DNA of 32,000 bases from Acaryochloris thomasi RCC1774 (GCF_003231495.1 NZ_PQWO01000001.1:540001-572000); one strand, 5' to 3'; shown: positions 15,632 through 25,129, counted from the stretch's first letter. Notes: a model not told the origin generated them from the letters alone. Made by a program: numbers and translations.

Positions 15632-17044
15632 ATGACTATTACACCGGCACAGATTGACGTATGGCGACAGGTCCCTCGAGAAACGCCAAAGCTAGAGTTT
15701 AAAGAAGCTAAAAATAGCTTTGATAAAACTAAGCTCTATCGATACTGCGTTGCTATTGCCAACGAAGGTGGCGGACATCTCTTACTTGGGATTTCGGATG
15801 AGCGCCCTCGTCCCGTGGTAGGTACCTCAGCGTTCCCTAATCCAGGTGTAATCGCTGAAAAACTCCTGATAGTTCTCAAGTTTCGCGTTGAAGTAGAGGC
15901 TGTAGAGCATTCCGATGGTCGAGTTATAGTTTTTCTTATTCCATCTCGCCCCAAAGGCACAGCGTACAATCACGGCGGAGCCTATCTTATGCGCTCTGGC
16001 GAACAACTTGTACCTATGAGTGAAGATCAACTGAGAAGAATTTTTGCTGAGGGCCAACCCGATTGGTTGGAGGGATCCGCCAAGTCAAACTGTAGCGATG
16101 AAGATATTGTCCGCTTACTGGATACTCAAAGCTACTATGACCTACAAGAACGGACTTATCCAAGTACCCGTGCAGAAGTTCTACGAAAGTTTGAGCAAGA
16201 GCACCTGATCGAATCCGCTACAGCTGGATGGAATATTACCCGTATGGGAGCTATCTTATTTGCCAAACGCATTGAACAAGATTTTCCTGATCTACAGTCA
16301 AAAGCGCCTCGTTTCGTTGTTTATGAGCAAAACAATAAGCTCAACACCCGCATGGATATTTTTGGAAGCAAGGGTTACGCCGTGGGTTTCTCGGGTCTAG
16401 TGAGCTTTATTATGGCCCAAACTCCGCAAAGCGAAGTCCTCAGCGGAGCACTACGAGAATCAGTCAAAATGTTCCCAGAAGAGGCTGTGCGGGAATTGTT
16501 AGCTAATGCACTAATTCATCAAGATTTTTCTCAGACTGGGCCATCGGTCCGAATTGAGCTTTTCTCAGATCGCCTAGAGATTAGCAATTTGGGCTTACCT
16601 CCAATTGATACCGAGCGTTTTATTGATGAGGATAAATCTCGCAACGAGCGCCTTGCGGATCTCATGCGTCGTCTTAGAATCTGTGAGCGTAAAGGAAGTG
16701 GCTTTGATCGGGTTGTCAATGCGACTGAAGTGCATCAGTTACCCGCTCCTGACATTAGATTGGGGACCGTTCACACATCTATCGTGCTTTTTGCCCATAA
16801 GGACTTCAAGGAGATGGATCGTGACGATCGTATCCGGGCAACCTACCAACACTGCTGCTTAAAGTATGTGATGAATGAGAAAATGACCAACAGGTCTCTT
16901 AGAAAGCGCTTTCAATTACCGGATAAGAAAGCAGAGCCGGTTTCAAGAGCCATTCGTGAAGCCCTTGATGCTAGATTAGTTCAGCCTGCTGATCCATCTG
17001 TAACATCTACCCGCTATCGGAGTTATATTCCCTTCTGGGCTTGA
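15632..17044 (+). CDS. AlbA_2 (Schlafen-like DNA-binding) plus HATPase_c_4 plus wHTH protein, of the type usually annotated as putative transcriptional regulator or RecG-like
   Basis: N-terminus ..PKLEFKEAKNSF..YCVAIANEGGGHLLLGISDE (AlbA_2 signature). Middle LLANALIHQDF (HATPase_c_4-type). C-terminal regulator-like tail. Looks AT-richer than its neighbours and has no HIP1. Confidence 0.75.
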   Translation: MTITPAQIDVWRQVPRETPKLEFKEAKNSFDKTKLYRYCVAIANEGGGHLLLGISDERPRPVVGTSAFPNPGVIAEKLLIVLKFRVEVEAVEHSDGRVIVFLIPSRPKGTAYNHGGAYLMRSGEQLVPMSEDQLRRIFAEGQPDWLEGSAKSNCSDEDIVRLLDTQSYYDLQERTYPSTRAEVLRKFEQEHLIESATAGWNITRMGAILFAKRIEQDFPDLQSKAPRFVVYEQNNKLNTRMDIFGSKGYAVGFSGLVSFIMAQTPQSEVLSGALRESVKMFPEEAVRELLANALIHQDFSQTGPSVRIELFSDRLEISNLGLPPIDTERFIDEDKSRNERLADLMRRLRICERKGSGFDRVVNATEVHQLPAPDIRLGTVHTSIVLFAHKDFKEMDRDDRIRATYQHCCLKYVMNEKMTNRSLRKRFQLPDKKAEPVSRAIREALDARLVQPADPSVTSTRYRSYIPFWA

Positions 17045-17087
17045 AGTCTCCATAGATACAAGCGACGGCTCTCAACCTGTTTTCCTT

Positions 17088-17230
17088 GAAACCTTTGATA
17101 TATAGGGATTTTTTCTTTAGATGCTAATTTCTATTCCATAGGCCGTTCTTTAGATACAAACCACTTTTCAGTAATCCGTTTTTGCAGAAAGCCTGATATA
17201 GAAGGCTTTCCTTCTTTAGACGCTAATTCC
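17088..17230. repeat. Imperfect direct repeats carrying the TTCTTTAGAY core (iteron-like array)
   Basis: About 44-nt units at 17088..17131 and 17187..17230. The core TTCTTTAGAY sits at 17113, 17146 and 17212, a spacing of 33 and 66 nt. Confidence 0.6.
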
Positions 17231-17292
17231 CAATTATCCGTGCCTCACTTTGGGTAATGGGTATACGCCTATAGATATTCATAGGTGCTTCT

Positions 17293-18387
17293 TCAGCCTG
17301 AGAAGTTGCTAAACCAGCCTCGTTTCCAAAAGAAGTACACTAGGCTGCTTGCGATCGCACCCATCAAAAACCACACCATTGCGTATCCCCACTCCCAGTT
17401 CAGCTCCGGCATATTTTTGAAATTCATGCCGTAGATGCCCGCAATAAAAGTGAGCGGGATAAAAATTGTCGAAATGACGGTGAGAATCTTCATCACCTCG
17501 TTCATGCGGTTGCTGACCGAGGAGAGATAGACATCCATCAGGCTGGCGGCAAACTCTCGATAGGTTTCCACCATCTCTAAAATCTGAATGGCGTGATCGT
17601 GGCAGTCCCGCAGGTAGACTTTCACTTCTTCGCTAATGAGGGGGCTGTCGTCGCGGAGTAGAGATGCGATCGCATCTCTCTGAGACCAGCTCAGTCGCCG
17701 AAGAGACAGCAGCTCTCGCTTAAGCGTATGCACCTGATTGAGCAACTCCCGTGATGGATTGAGTAAAATTTCATCTTCGAGAATCTCAAGCTGATCGCTG
17801 TAGTTTTCCAAGATCGGGAAAAAGCCATCCACCACCGCATCTAAAAGTGAATAGGCTAAATAATCGGCCCCTGCCCGTCGGATGGATCCTTTCTTAAACC
17901 GAATCCGCTGGCGTACCGGATCGAAGCAGTCTCCAGGGTGTTCCTGCACCGTCAGCAGCGTATGATCCTGCAGAATAAAGCTCACCTGCTCACTGGTGAA
18001 TCCAGGTTCTCCGGCGGCGGGTAAAACCATTCGGGCTACAAGCACCAACTGATCTTCGTAGTTCTCCACTTTAGAGCGCTGGGGGACATTGACGACATCT
18101 TCAAGCACCAAGGGATGCAGATGAAAGACCTGACCCAGCCGCCGTAAGATACTTTCGCTACCTAACCCCTGAACATCGATCCAGGACACCATCTCTGTGT
18201 CAAGACAGGCGAGGCAATCTTCAGGATTTGCGATCGCAGCCCGACGCGATCGCATTGCATCATATTCAATCAACGTGATTTCAGGAGGATGGGCATCCTC
18301 ATCGATCATCAGCGTGCCAGGGGCACTACCGGGCTGGTCGTAAAAGTAGTCCGCATAGTCTGGAGGAGAAGCGGGAAACTGGGTCAT
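17293..18387 (-). CDS. corA: CorA-family Mg2+/Co2+ transporter
   Basis: C-terminal YGMNFKNMPEL motif between two TM helices. Start placed at ATG 18387 (MTQFPAS..) rather than the alternative start at 18438. Confidence 0.85.
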   Translation of the reverse strand: MTQFPASPPDYADYFYDQPGSAPGTLMIDEDAHPPEITLIEYDAMRSRRAAIANPEDCLACLDTEMVSWIDVQGLGSESILRRLGQVFHLHPLVLEDVVNVPQRSKVENYEDQLVLVARMVLPAAGEPGFTSEQVSFILQDHTLLTVQEHPGDCFDPVRQRIRFKKGSIRRAGADYLAYSLLDAVVDGFFPILENYSDQLEILEDEILLNPSRELLNQVHTLKRELLSLRRLSWSQRDAIASLLRDDSPLISEEVKVYLRDCHDHAIQILEMVETYREFAASLMDVYLSSVSNRMNEVMKILTVISTIFIPLTFIAGIYGMNFKNMPELNWEWGYAMVWFLMGAIASSLVYFFWKRGWFSNFSG

Positions 18388-18533
18388 ACAATGCTCCGAT
18401 AGCGCTGGATTAGCTGAACAGACAGTAAGTCTAGGCAAACATCAAAAGACCAGATGCTTCGACTGCTGCAGAATCTGTCCTGCAAATGTCTATTGTTTCC
18501 TGGATTGGCCTGTCTGTTCTGCCTACATACGAT

Positions 18534-19574
18534 TTAGGAGCAACTCCGCTTCCACATCACGCTACCCATCTCGTTCGTTCGAGACCCCGTATCAACATTG
18601 CTGTAATAGTCATAGGCACCCAGGCCGCTGACAAAAGCATAGGTGGCTGTCTCTCCGTCATAGGCAGGACGCAAGTTGGCATCAAAAAAATAAATTGAAA
18701 AACTGCGAGAGTTTGTCTGACCCCGATCTTTACGTAGGTTTAGGCTCGGGCTCGGGTAACCAACTGAAGCAGAGTAGTCAAACAGATCAATGGGACCACG
18801 CTGTGTGTGCCCAATCGTGACCGTGTATGGAACACTCGCAAATTCCCCTGATGCTGGCGCGAACATCATTGAGTAATTGGGATTACCCATCGCAGTAAAT
18901 ACGCTCTCTGTTAGCGGGCAGGATCCCTTTTGAGCGTTGGCACTCCCCTGCGAGGGCTGACGTTGAGGCTGATTGCCATCCTGTGACACAGGTGCCCCTG
19001 GCGTGGCTGCAACAGTGCCAATAGCACCCACCGCATCAATATCAGGACCGGCATAGGGAGACCCACTGGTATTACCGTCGGGATAGTCTCGCAGACGCAC
19101 AAATCGATATTGAGCATTCTGCGGGAGCTGATAGTTTGCCAGATCAATGGAGCGCGTTGACCCTTCGATACGTCCCAACGCATACCAGGTTGTTCCATCG
19201 ACTGAAACCTCTACTGAAGTTGCCTCAACCGCAGGCCCCGTCTCAAAAATATAGAGATCTGGCCCCTGTCTATCAACGAGCCGATTATTGGTGAACTCCA
19301 GTATCAGATCAGAAGAGGTTGCTAAATCTGTCGCATTCCCGAGAGAGACGTACTTTTTATCAGGAATACCTAAAGCATGACTGGCCTCTCGATTCTTCCC
19401 AGAAACCTTCCCGCCAGCAGCGTTGTAGTTTAGACGCACGACCCGATCGGCAAACGAGATCTCTCCCTGCGGAAAATCTACCCCTTGATAGGTTTCTGCC
19501 CGACTGACTTGAGCCAAGGCCGGAACGATCGACACACTAAAAAGCAGAGAAAATAGAACTTTGAAATTACGCAT
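18534..19574 (-). CDS. Secreted two-domain hypothetical protein
   Basis: Signal peptide MRNFKVLFSLLFSVSIVPALAQV. N-terminal domain with ..LGIPD..SLG..LILEF..GPDLYIFE..VEVSVDG..W..LG....IDLA....RFVRLRD....GPDIDAVGAI. Gly/Gln/Pro linker. The C-terminal domain is unrecognised. Confidence 0.7.
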   Translation of the reverse strand: MRNFKVLFSLLFSVSIVPALAQVSRAETYQGVDFPQGEISFADRVVRLNYNAAGGKVSGKNREASHALGIPDKKYVSLGNATDLATSSDLILEFTNNRLVDRQGPDLYIFETGPAVEATSVEVSVDGTTWYALGRIEGSTRSIDLANYQLPQNAQYRFVRLRDYPDGNTSGSPYAGPDIDAVGAIGTVAATPGAPVSQDGNQPQRQPSQGSANAQKGSCPLTESVFTAMGNPNYSMMFAPASGEFASVPYTVTIGHTQRGPIDLFDYSASVGYPSPSLNLRKDRGQTNSRSFSIYFFDANLRPAYDGETATYAFVSGLGAYDYYSNVDTGSRTNEMGSVMWKRSCS

Positions 19575-19896
19575 AGCTCAACTGAACCCTTGATGTACCT
19601 TGAATTACAGCCTGAATGATTGGCCATTCCACTTTACTTAACAAACAATTAAACCGTTGGTGATCCAAACTTCTAGGATCACGTAATATTCGTCACAAGC
19701 TTTCATGAGCTAAGCTCATGCTCATGTTTTACGCATCAATTCGCTGAGTCGATCAACCTAAATGACAGACGGCTCACGGTCCAGTGTTCCCTCAATGGGT
19801 GAGGCATTCGCGATAGAAACGATAAAATATTCAAGTTTATGGCTTCGGAACAATAACGCTCTTAATGCTGAGTAAGTTCGTAAGGAGAACGGGCAT

Positions 19897-20412
19897 ATGG
19901 ACAACATTTCAGATATCTTCAAGGTCGCAGGATACCTGGGCTGGTCTATAGCTGCCTTTATCTTCGCTAGCTTCGTTGAATACTGGCTACATCGCTTCAT
20001 GCATATCGATCCCTACCCTCTTGGCAAAGTCCATGTGCAACATCATCAAGAGAATACCGGCCAGGGATTTTTGCTAGAGCTGCGAAACTATGTGATTGGG
20101 ACTGCACCGCTTATGGCCACTACGTTCTTATTCTCTTGGCAAATTGGGGTGTGCTGTACGCTGGGCGGCATTGCCTATGCGACGTTTTCAGCCTATGCCC
20201 ATCAACTGCAGCATGATAATCCTGCGCGGTGTGACTGGATGGAGATGCCGGTTCACACTGTCCATCATCAGTACAACCAGTGGCACCATAATTTTGGCAT
20301 AGCCGTGGACTGGTGGGACCGAGTATTTGGGACCTATCAGCTCAAGCCGTGGTCTACACCTATAAAAGAGAATTCATCGAAACGGGGCTATTTGGCGATC
20401 AAGTGGCGTTGA
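19897..20412 (+). CDS. Fatty-acid hydroxylase / sterol desaturase superfamily membrane di-iron enzyme (small, 171 aa)
   Basis: His boxes HRFMH, HVQHH, HQLQHD and HTVHHQYNQWHHNFG. AAGGAG lies 9 nt upstream of the ATG. Confidence 0.75.
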   Translation: MDNISDIFKVAGYLGWSIAAFIFASFVEYWLHRFMHIDPYPLGKVHVQHHQENTGQGFLLELRNYVIGTAPLMATTFLFSWQIGVCCTLGGIAYATFSAYAHQLQHDNPARCDWMEMPVHTVHHQYNQWHHNFGIAVDWWDRVFGTYQLKPWSTPIKENSSKRGYLAIKWR

Positions 20413-20465
20413 CGGGAAATGGGGCACGTCAACTGCTGTCGCTCAGCAGGCGATCCGTAATGCCA

Positions 20466-20494
20466 GAAAAAAGCCCTAGCTTTTGACTAGGGCT
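20466..20494 (-). terminator. Rho-independent terminator of the minus-strand membrane protein gene (possibly bidirectional)
   Basis: agccctag (20472-20479) pairs with ctagggct (20487-20494). On the minus strand the stem is followed by TTTTTT (20466-20471). Confidence 0.7.
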
Positions 20495-20519
20495 AAATCA
20501 CGTGAGTGAGGTATGAAAT

Positions 20520-20897
20520 CTATGGGGTAAGAAAAACGCGATCGCAAGTCAAAGGACAGGATGCAAACACGACTGGCTCCTGAGCCAGTGACTTCGGCCA
20601 TCCGACACCAGATAGTTGACGGGGATGAACACCCCAGGCTGTGAGCAAAGCTGCACCCACTATGAGGAAAGTGACGTTAGCCGCAAGTACGCCGCCGCCA
20701 ACGACCATAATCGTGCTGAAGGGAAGCACAGCCTGGAGAGAAATCGCTACGAGTGAAGTACCAATCACCAGCAGCGCCACCACCGGAAACCCGACAACCA
20801 ACCAGCAGACGGTCAGCGAGAAAGTCCAGATACAGAAGCGTTGAATCAGGTCAACGAAGAGGAGCCGAGGCGGGGGAAGCAATTGCGCTAGCGTCAT
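20520..20897 (-). CDS. Hypothetical small membrane protein (about 3 TM)
   Basis: Hydrophobic helices (WTFSLTVCWLVVGFPVVALLVIGTSLVAI, VVGGGVLAANVTFLIVGAALL). ATG 20897 is preferred over TTG 20927. A terminator lies downstream. Confidence 0.55.
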   Translation of the reverse strand: MTLAQLLPPPRLLFVDLIQRFCIWTFSLTVCWLVVGFPVVALLVIGTSLVAISLQAVLPFSTIMVVGGGVLAANVTFLIVGAALLTAWGVHPRQLSGVGWPKSLAQEPVVFASCPLTCDRVFLTP

Positions 20898-21102
20898 TGT
20901 CAATGCCTTTGTTAAAGACGAACTCAAACAGCCACTGACAGCAAATCAACCATTTGCGCTATTCGCATCGCTGTACGCTGGGCCTATGGTTATTAATGTA
21001 GGGGAGCCATGTGTCGTGAGTGTGTAAAACGCATGTCAATATTGTGAGCAGGGCGACACTGCTGCCCCTGACCACTAGATTGTGAGTGATTTCGGCCCAG
21101 CC

Positions 21103-21817
21103 ATGAAGCCATCTATTCTCATTGTTGAAGATGAAGTCGAGATTGCTCGGTTTATCCAACAGCTCTTAGAGCAGGAAGGCTTTGGATGTCAAAGCTGCCA
21201 CGATGGCCTAGAGGCGCTCAGTCTCAACCAGACACTGCAGCCCGATCTGCTGATTTTAGACCTGATGCTTCCCGGCCTAGACGGTCTTGAAGTCTGCACT
21301 CGCATTCGCCAGCAGGCCAGCGCCAAAGACCCCTATATTCTGATGTTGACGGCCAAAGGTGAAGAAATTGATCGGGTGATTGGTCTATCAACAGGGGCTG
21401 ACGATTACTTGGTTAAACCCTTTAGTCCCATCGAGTTAGTGGCAAGGGTGCGGGCTTTACTGCGTCGTAGTTTGCGGCAGGCTGATTCGTCTCAGATTTA
21501 CCGAACGCAGCACTTTACCGTTGATCTCGATCAGCATCGTGCCCAGCAGCATGGCCAGCCCCAGGGAGACAAGTCCCTAGATTTGACAACGCTAGAATTT
21601 AAGCTGATGGCGACTTTAATCGGTTCGCCGGGACGGGTTTGGAGCCGAACACAACTAATTGAGAAGCTGTGGGGCGACGACTTCTTTGGCGATGACCGAG
21701 TGGTGGATACCCAAGTCGCGACTGCGAAAAAAAATTGAGCCAGATCCGGCTCGACCTGCGTTCATTAAAACCGTGACCGGAGTGGGCTATCGGTTTGAAG
21801 ACTCACCAGGAGCGTAA
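21103..21817 (+). pseudogene. OmpR/PhoB-family response regulator interrupted by a frameshift near 21712-21718
   Basis: Receiver domain (ILIVEDE..DLLILDLMLPGLDG..LTAKG..GADDYLVKPF). The wHTH reads ..DDRVVDTQ in frame 1 and stops at 21736-21738. The canonical continuation [33 protein letters not shown] is in another frame (21716..21817). Confidence 0.7.
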
Positions 21818-21822
21818 AGAAA

Positions 21823-22914
21823 GTGCGAATAGGGTTGCGATCGCGTCTTTTTCTTTCTCATCTGTTTGTGATGGTCGTTCCTTTGCTGGGCTTTATCTTA
21901 ATCAGCAAAGCCTCCGCCGTGAATTTATTTGCCGATCGCCTAGCGCAGCTTGAAGGCAAAGGGTTTACCATCCGCACGGCCCGCACTGTCCTACTAGAGA
22001 GCTTCGAGGCTGCCTGGAGTCACAGCACCTACTGGGCTGTTTTGGTGGGAGGCTTTACCGCTGCTATTTTGAGCTTGATCCTTGCTCGTATTATCACGCG
22101 GCCCTTGACCCAGATTGAGCAGACGATTCATCAGATCGCGGCCGGCGATCTACAGGAACGGGTGCCCAGCAATGCCATCCCAGAGCTAAACCGTCTCAGC
22201 CGCAGCTTCAACCGCATGGCGATTCAGCTTGATGATGTGGAGCAGCGGCGGCGGGAGCTAATCACCGATTTAACCCACGAGCTACGGACGCCGCTGACGA
22301 TTCTGCAAGGATATCTAGAAACCTGGGCCACCGGGAAGCTGACGCCCAACGCAAAAGCCTACCAGCTTTTAATTCAGGAAACCAAGCGTTTAGAACGGCT
22401 GACGAATGATGTGCAAGAGCTATCCGTTGCTGAAGCCGGACATCTCACTCTAGATCTGCAGCCGCTAGCGTTAAGGCCGCTGATTGAAGAACTGATCCAA
22501 ACCCTCTCCCATCAGTTAACGGAGGACGGTCCCTGCCTCCGATTAGACTGTCCGTCGGAGAGCCCACAGGTTCTTGCCGATCCCGCACGAACAAAGCAGA
22601 TTTTGGTCAATCTGCTGGGGAATGCGCTCCGCCACACAAAAAGCGGCACCGTCACTATTCAAGTTCAGGCAGAAGAGCGTGATGTCTGGATTGCAGTGCA
22701 GGATACAGGATCAGGGATCGCGGCTGATGATCTACCCCACGTGTTTGAACGATTTTGGCGGTCCGAAGAGATGCGATCGCAAGCAACCCGAGGCACCGGA
22801 ATCGGACTCGCCATCACTCGCCGCCTAGTGGAACTTCAAAGTGGGCAAATCACTGCTGAAAGTCAACTAGGCATTGGCAGTACCTTTCGCTTTTCGCTGC
22901 CAAAGGTGAACTGA
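21823..22914 (+). CDS. Sensor histidine kinase (2 TM, HAMP, HisKA, HATPase_c)
   Basis: H-box THELRTPLT, N-box LVNLLGNALRHT, G-boxes QDTGSGI and GTGIGLAI. The GTG start is 5 nt after the reconstructed regulator stop. Confidence 0.85.
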   Translation: MRIGLRSRLFLSHLFVMVVPLLGFILISKASAVNLFADRLAQLEGKGFTIRTARTVLLESFEAAWSHSTYWAVLVGGFTAAILSLILARIITRPLTQIEQTIHQIAAGDLQERVPSNAIPELNRLSRSFNRMAIQLDDVEQRRRELITDLTHELRTPLTILQGYLETWATGKLTPNAKAYQLLIQETKRLERLTNDVQELSVAEAGHLTLDLQPLALRPLIEELIQTLSHQLTEDGPCLRLDCPSESPQVLADPARTKQILVNLLGNALRHTKSGTVTIQVQAEERDVWIAVQDTGSGIAADDLPHVFERFWRSEEMRSQATRGTGIGLAITRRLVELQSGQITAESQLGIGSTFRFSLPKVN

Positions 22915-22956
22915 TTCGCGCGAGCTTTTACCCACAACACTTGCGTACTCAGCTCG

Positions 22957-23523
22957 CTAGCATAGAGCGACGACTCTGCTCGGTGAAATATCTATTGGCT
23001 CTGCTTCTGTTTCTACCTGCTGCATCACTGCATCAGGAACCACTAACCATCCCTGTCCTGCATCCATAATCATGTCAGGTGAAATACGAAGCAGATTCTC
23101 TGCCAGCCCAATGCGGCCTTGAACAGCGCAGAGATATTCACAGATGATTCCCGTGCTGGGGTCAAAAGAGTAGTCTGCAATGTTGCCCAGTCGCCGTCCT
23201 TTATGGGTCCACACTTCAAAATCGAGGCGAGTCGTTGTCGCAGTCCATGACTGAGCCTCTAGGTGCAAAACCGAGCTGGGATGACTCGCCGAAGCCGCTT
23301 TAACCTTGATCATTTGGTCTTCAACGGCTACGACCTGCCGCCAGGGATAGGTCTGCAACGTATCCCAAAAGCCAACGCGACTGCTGAAACCTAAGACTTT
23401 GTGATTAATTAGGTCTAGCCAGACGGCAGAGACTTGACCCAGTAGCTTAGCGGAAGAAGTAGTCACGACCTGGCAATGCAGGAAACTACTGTGGCAAACT
23501 TTTAACTCTAGGGCGTGAGTCAT
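22957..23523 (-). CDS. PRC-barrel-like domain protein (tentative)
   Basis: Two segments resemble PRC-barrel repeats (LLGQVSAVWLDLINHKVLGF.. and RRLGNIADYSFDPSTGIICEY..). ATG 23523 has GGAG 8 nt upstream. Confidence 0.55.
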   Translation of the reverse strand: MTHALELKVCHSSFLHCQVVTTSSAKLLGQVSAVWLDLINHKVLGFSSRVGFWDTLQTYPWRQVVAVEDQMIKVKAASASHPSSVLHLEAQSWTATTTRLDFEVWTHKGRRLGNIADYSFDPSTGIICEYLCAVQGRIGLAENLLRISPDMIMDAGQGWLVVPDAVMQQVETEAEPIDISPSRVVALC

Positions 23524-23699
23524 ATTATTCTCCTGCTTCAAAGCGGTAGAGTCACTTAGCTGAAATTGATACTGACAAGTTTAGAGAGAAGGTATGTCAT
23601 TTCTATGGCGAGTGAGTGCCAGTTTGATGACAGTTGTGTCTGCCGTTTGAAAAAGTTGTTAAACTCCGGTCATCCTTATACAGTTTGAGCCTTTGGCTT

Positions 23700-24611
23700 A
23701 TGGACCTGCTCAATCAGCTCAATCTTAATCTAGGCATAGACCCTGAGATTCCAAATAAGCTGATCGCCTCCGCCATAGGTCTCATCTTGGTCCTGAGTCT
23801 CCGCTGGCTGGCACTGCGTGTGCTGAATCGCCGGGTCAAAGATCCGCGTATTCTTTACGGCTGGCGCAAGTGGGTCGGCTATATCAGCTTTGGGTTTTCC
23901 ATTTTCAGCGTCGGTCGGCCCTGGGTTCCTGAACTACAGAACATCTCTACCTTTTTAGGGATTGTCACAGCAGGCTTGGCGGTAGCGTTGAAAGAACCTA
24001 TCGTTGATTTAGTGGGATGGGCTTTCATCCTTTCTCGGCAGCCCTTTCAAGTGGGCGATCGCATCCAACTTGGCCCCCATGCCGGCGACGTCATCGACAT
24101 CCGCATCTTTCAATTTACGCTCATGGAAGTGGGCAATTGGGTGGCGGCCGATCAGAGCACAGGCCGCGTGATTCACGTACCCAACGGAAAAGTATTTCAA
24201 GATACCGTTGCCAACTATTCCCAAGGGTTCCAATATCTTTGGCACGAAATTCCGGTCCTGCTCACCTTTGAGAGCGACTGGGAGCAGGCCAAACAGATCT
24301 TGCTTAAGCTCGCCAACTGTCATGCCGAACACCTTAGCGATGCAGCCCAGTCTCGTCTGCGGGCTGCGGCTCAAAAATATATGATCGTCTACTCTAAACT
24401 CACCCCCATCGTTTATACCTCCGTGCAGGAGAGCGGTGTCTTGCTGACTATTCGCTATCTCTGTGAGCCTCGGCAGCGACGAACAACAGAGCAGTCCATT
24501 TGGGAAGATATTTTGAGAACGTTTGCCCAGCACGATAATATTGCCTTTGCCTATCCTACCCAGCGGTTTGTTTCATCAAGCGATCCGCACCTGAACCGGC
24601 CACCCCAATAG
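23700..24611 (+). CDS. MscS-family mechanosensitive ion channel
   Basis: TM helices followed by the beta-domain signature PFQVGDRIQLGPHAGDVIDIRIFQFTLMEV. ATG 23700 (MDLLNQ..) is preferred over TTG 23634. Confidence 0.8.
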   Translation: MDLLNQLNLNLGIDPEIPNKLIASAIGLILVLSLRWLALRVLNRRVKDPRILYGWRKWVGYISFGFSIFSVGRPWVPELQNISTFLGIVTAGLAVALKEPIVDLVGWAFILSRQPFQVGDRIQLGPHAGDVIDIRIFQFTLMEVGNWVAADQSTGRVIHVPNGKVFQDTVANYSQGFQYLWHEIPVLLTFESDWEQAKQILLKLANCHAEHLSDAAQSRLRAAAQKYMIVYSKLTPIVYTSVQESGVLLTIRYLCEPRQRRTTEQSIWEDILRTFAQHDNIAFAYPTQRFVSSSDPHLNRPPQ

Positions 24612-24646
24612 ATACGCCACAGACCAAAACGTTGAGGAATGCCTCT

Positions 24647-25129
24647 ATGACTGCCCCCCTGCCTGCCACCTTGGCTCTCCCCGCCATTGGCTGGCGTGAG
24701 TGGATTACGCTGCCTAGCCTCGGTATTGATCACGTCAAAGCCAAAATTGATACAGGCGCACGATCCTCAGCTCTCCACGCCTTTGAGGTTGAGCGGATTG
24801 AAGCACAAGGCAAAACCAGAGTCCGTTTCAAAGTCCATCCAGAACAAGACCGCACCGATATCGTGATCACGGCAGAAGCTGACCTATTTGATGAGCGTGA
24901 GGTCCGAGACTCCGGCGGTCACGCTGAGCTGCGGCCGATTATTCAGGTTGACGTCACCCTCAACGGTCAGTCTTGGCCCATCGAACTGACCTTAACTGAC
25001 CGCAGCAGCATGGGATTCCGAATGCTGTTGGGGCGCGAAGCCGTGCGGGGGAGATTTCTAGTGGATGCGGGACAATCCTTCCTTCAGAGTGCAGCCCAGC
25101 ACTCTACACTGGAACAGCAGAGAACTTGA
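24647..25129 (+). CDS. Retropepsin-like protease of the RimK-associated family (DUF785, annotated as ATP-dependent zinc protease; RimB-type)
   Basis: [30 protein letters not shown] (D-T-G motif). It lies immediately upstream of rimK. Confidence 0.75.
   Translation: MTAPLPATLALPAIGWREWITLPSLGIDHVKAKIDTGARSSALHAFEVERIEAQGKTRVRFKVHPEQDRTDIVITAEADLFDEREVRDSGGHAELRPIIQVDVTLNGQSWPIELTLTDRSSMGFRMLLGREAVRGRFLVDAGQSFLQSAAQHSTLEQQRT

Noticed and set aside
16209-16218. 10-nt identity (TCGAATCCGC) between the AlbA_2 gene and the T-arm of the tRNA-Arg (6571..6580), as a possible att-site remnant
   Set aside because: It is too short and lies inside an intact coding frame, with no flanking similarity and no integrase.
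21727-21734. A8 homopolymer as the site of the response-regulator frameshift (slippage or programmed frameshift)
   Set aside because: The canonical frame (SRLRKK..) is already established from 21716, upstream of the A run. The lesion therefore lies at about 21712-21718, not in the homopolymer.
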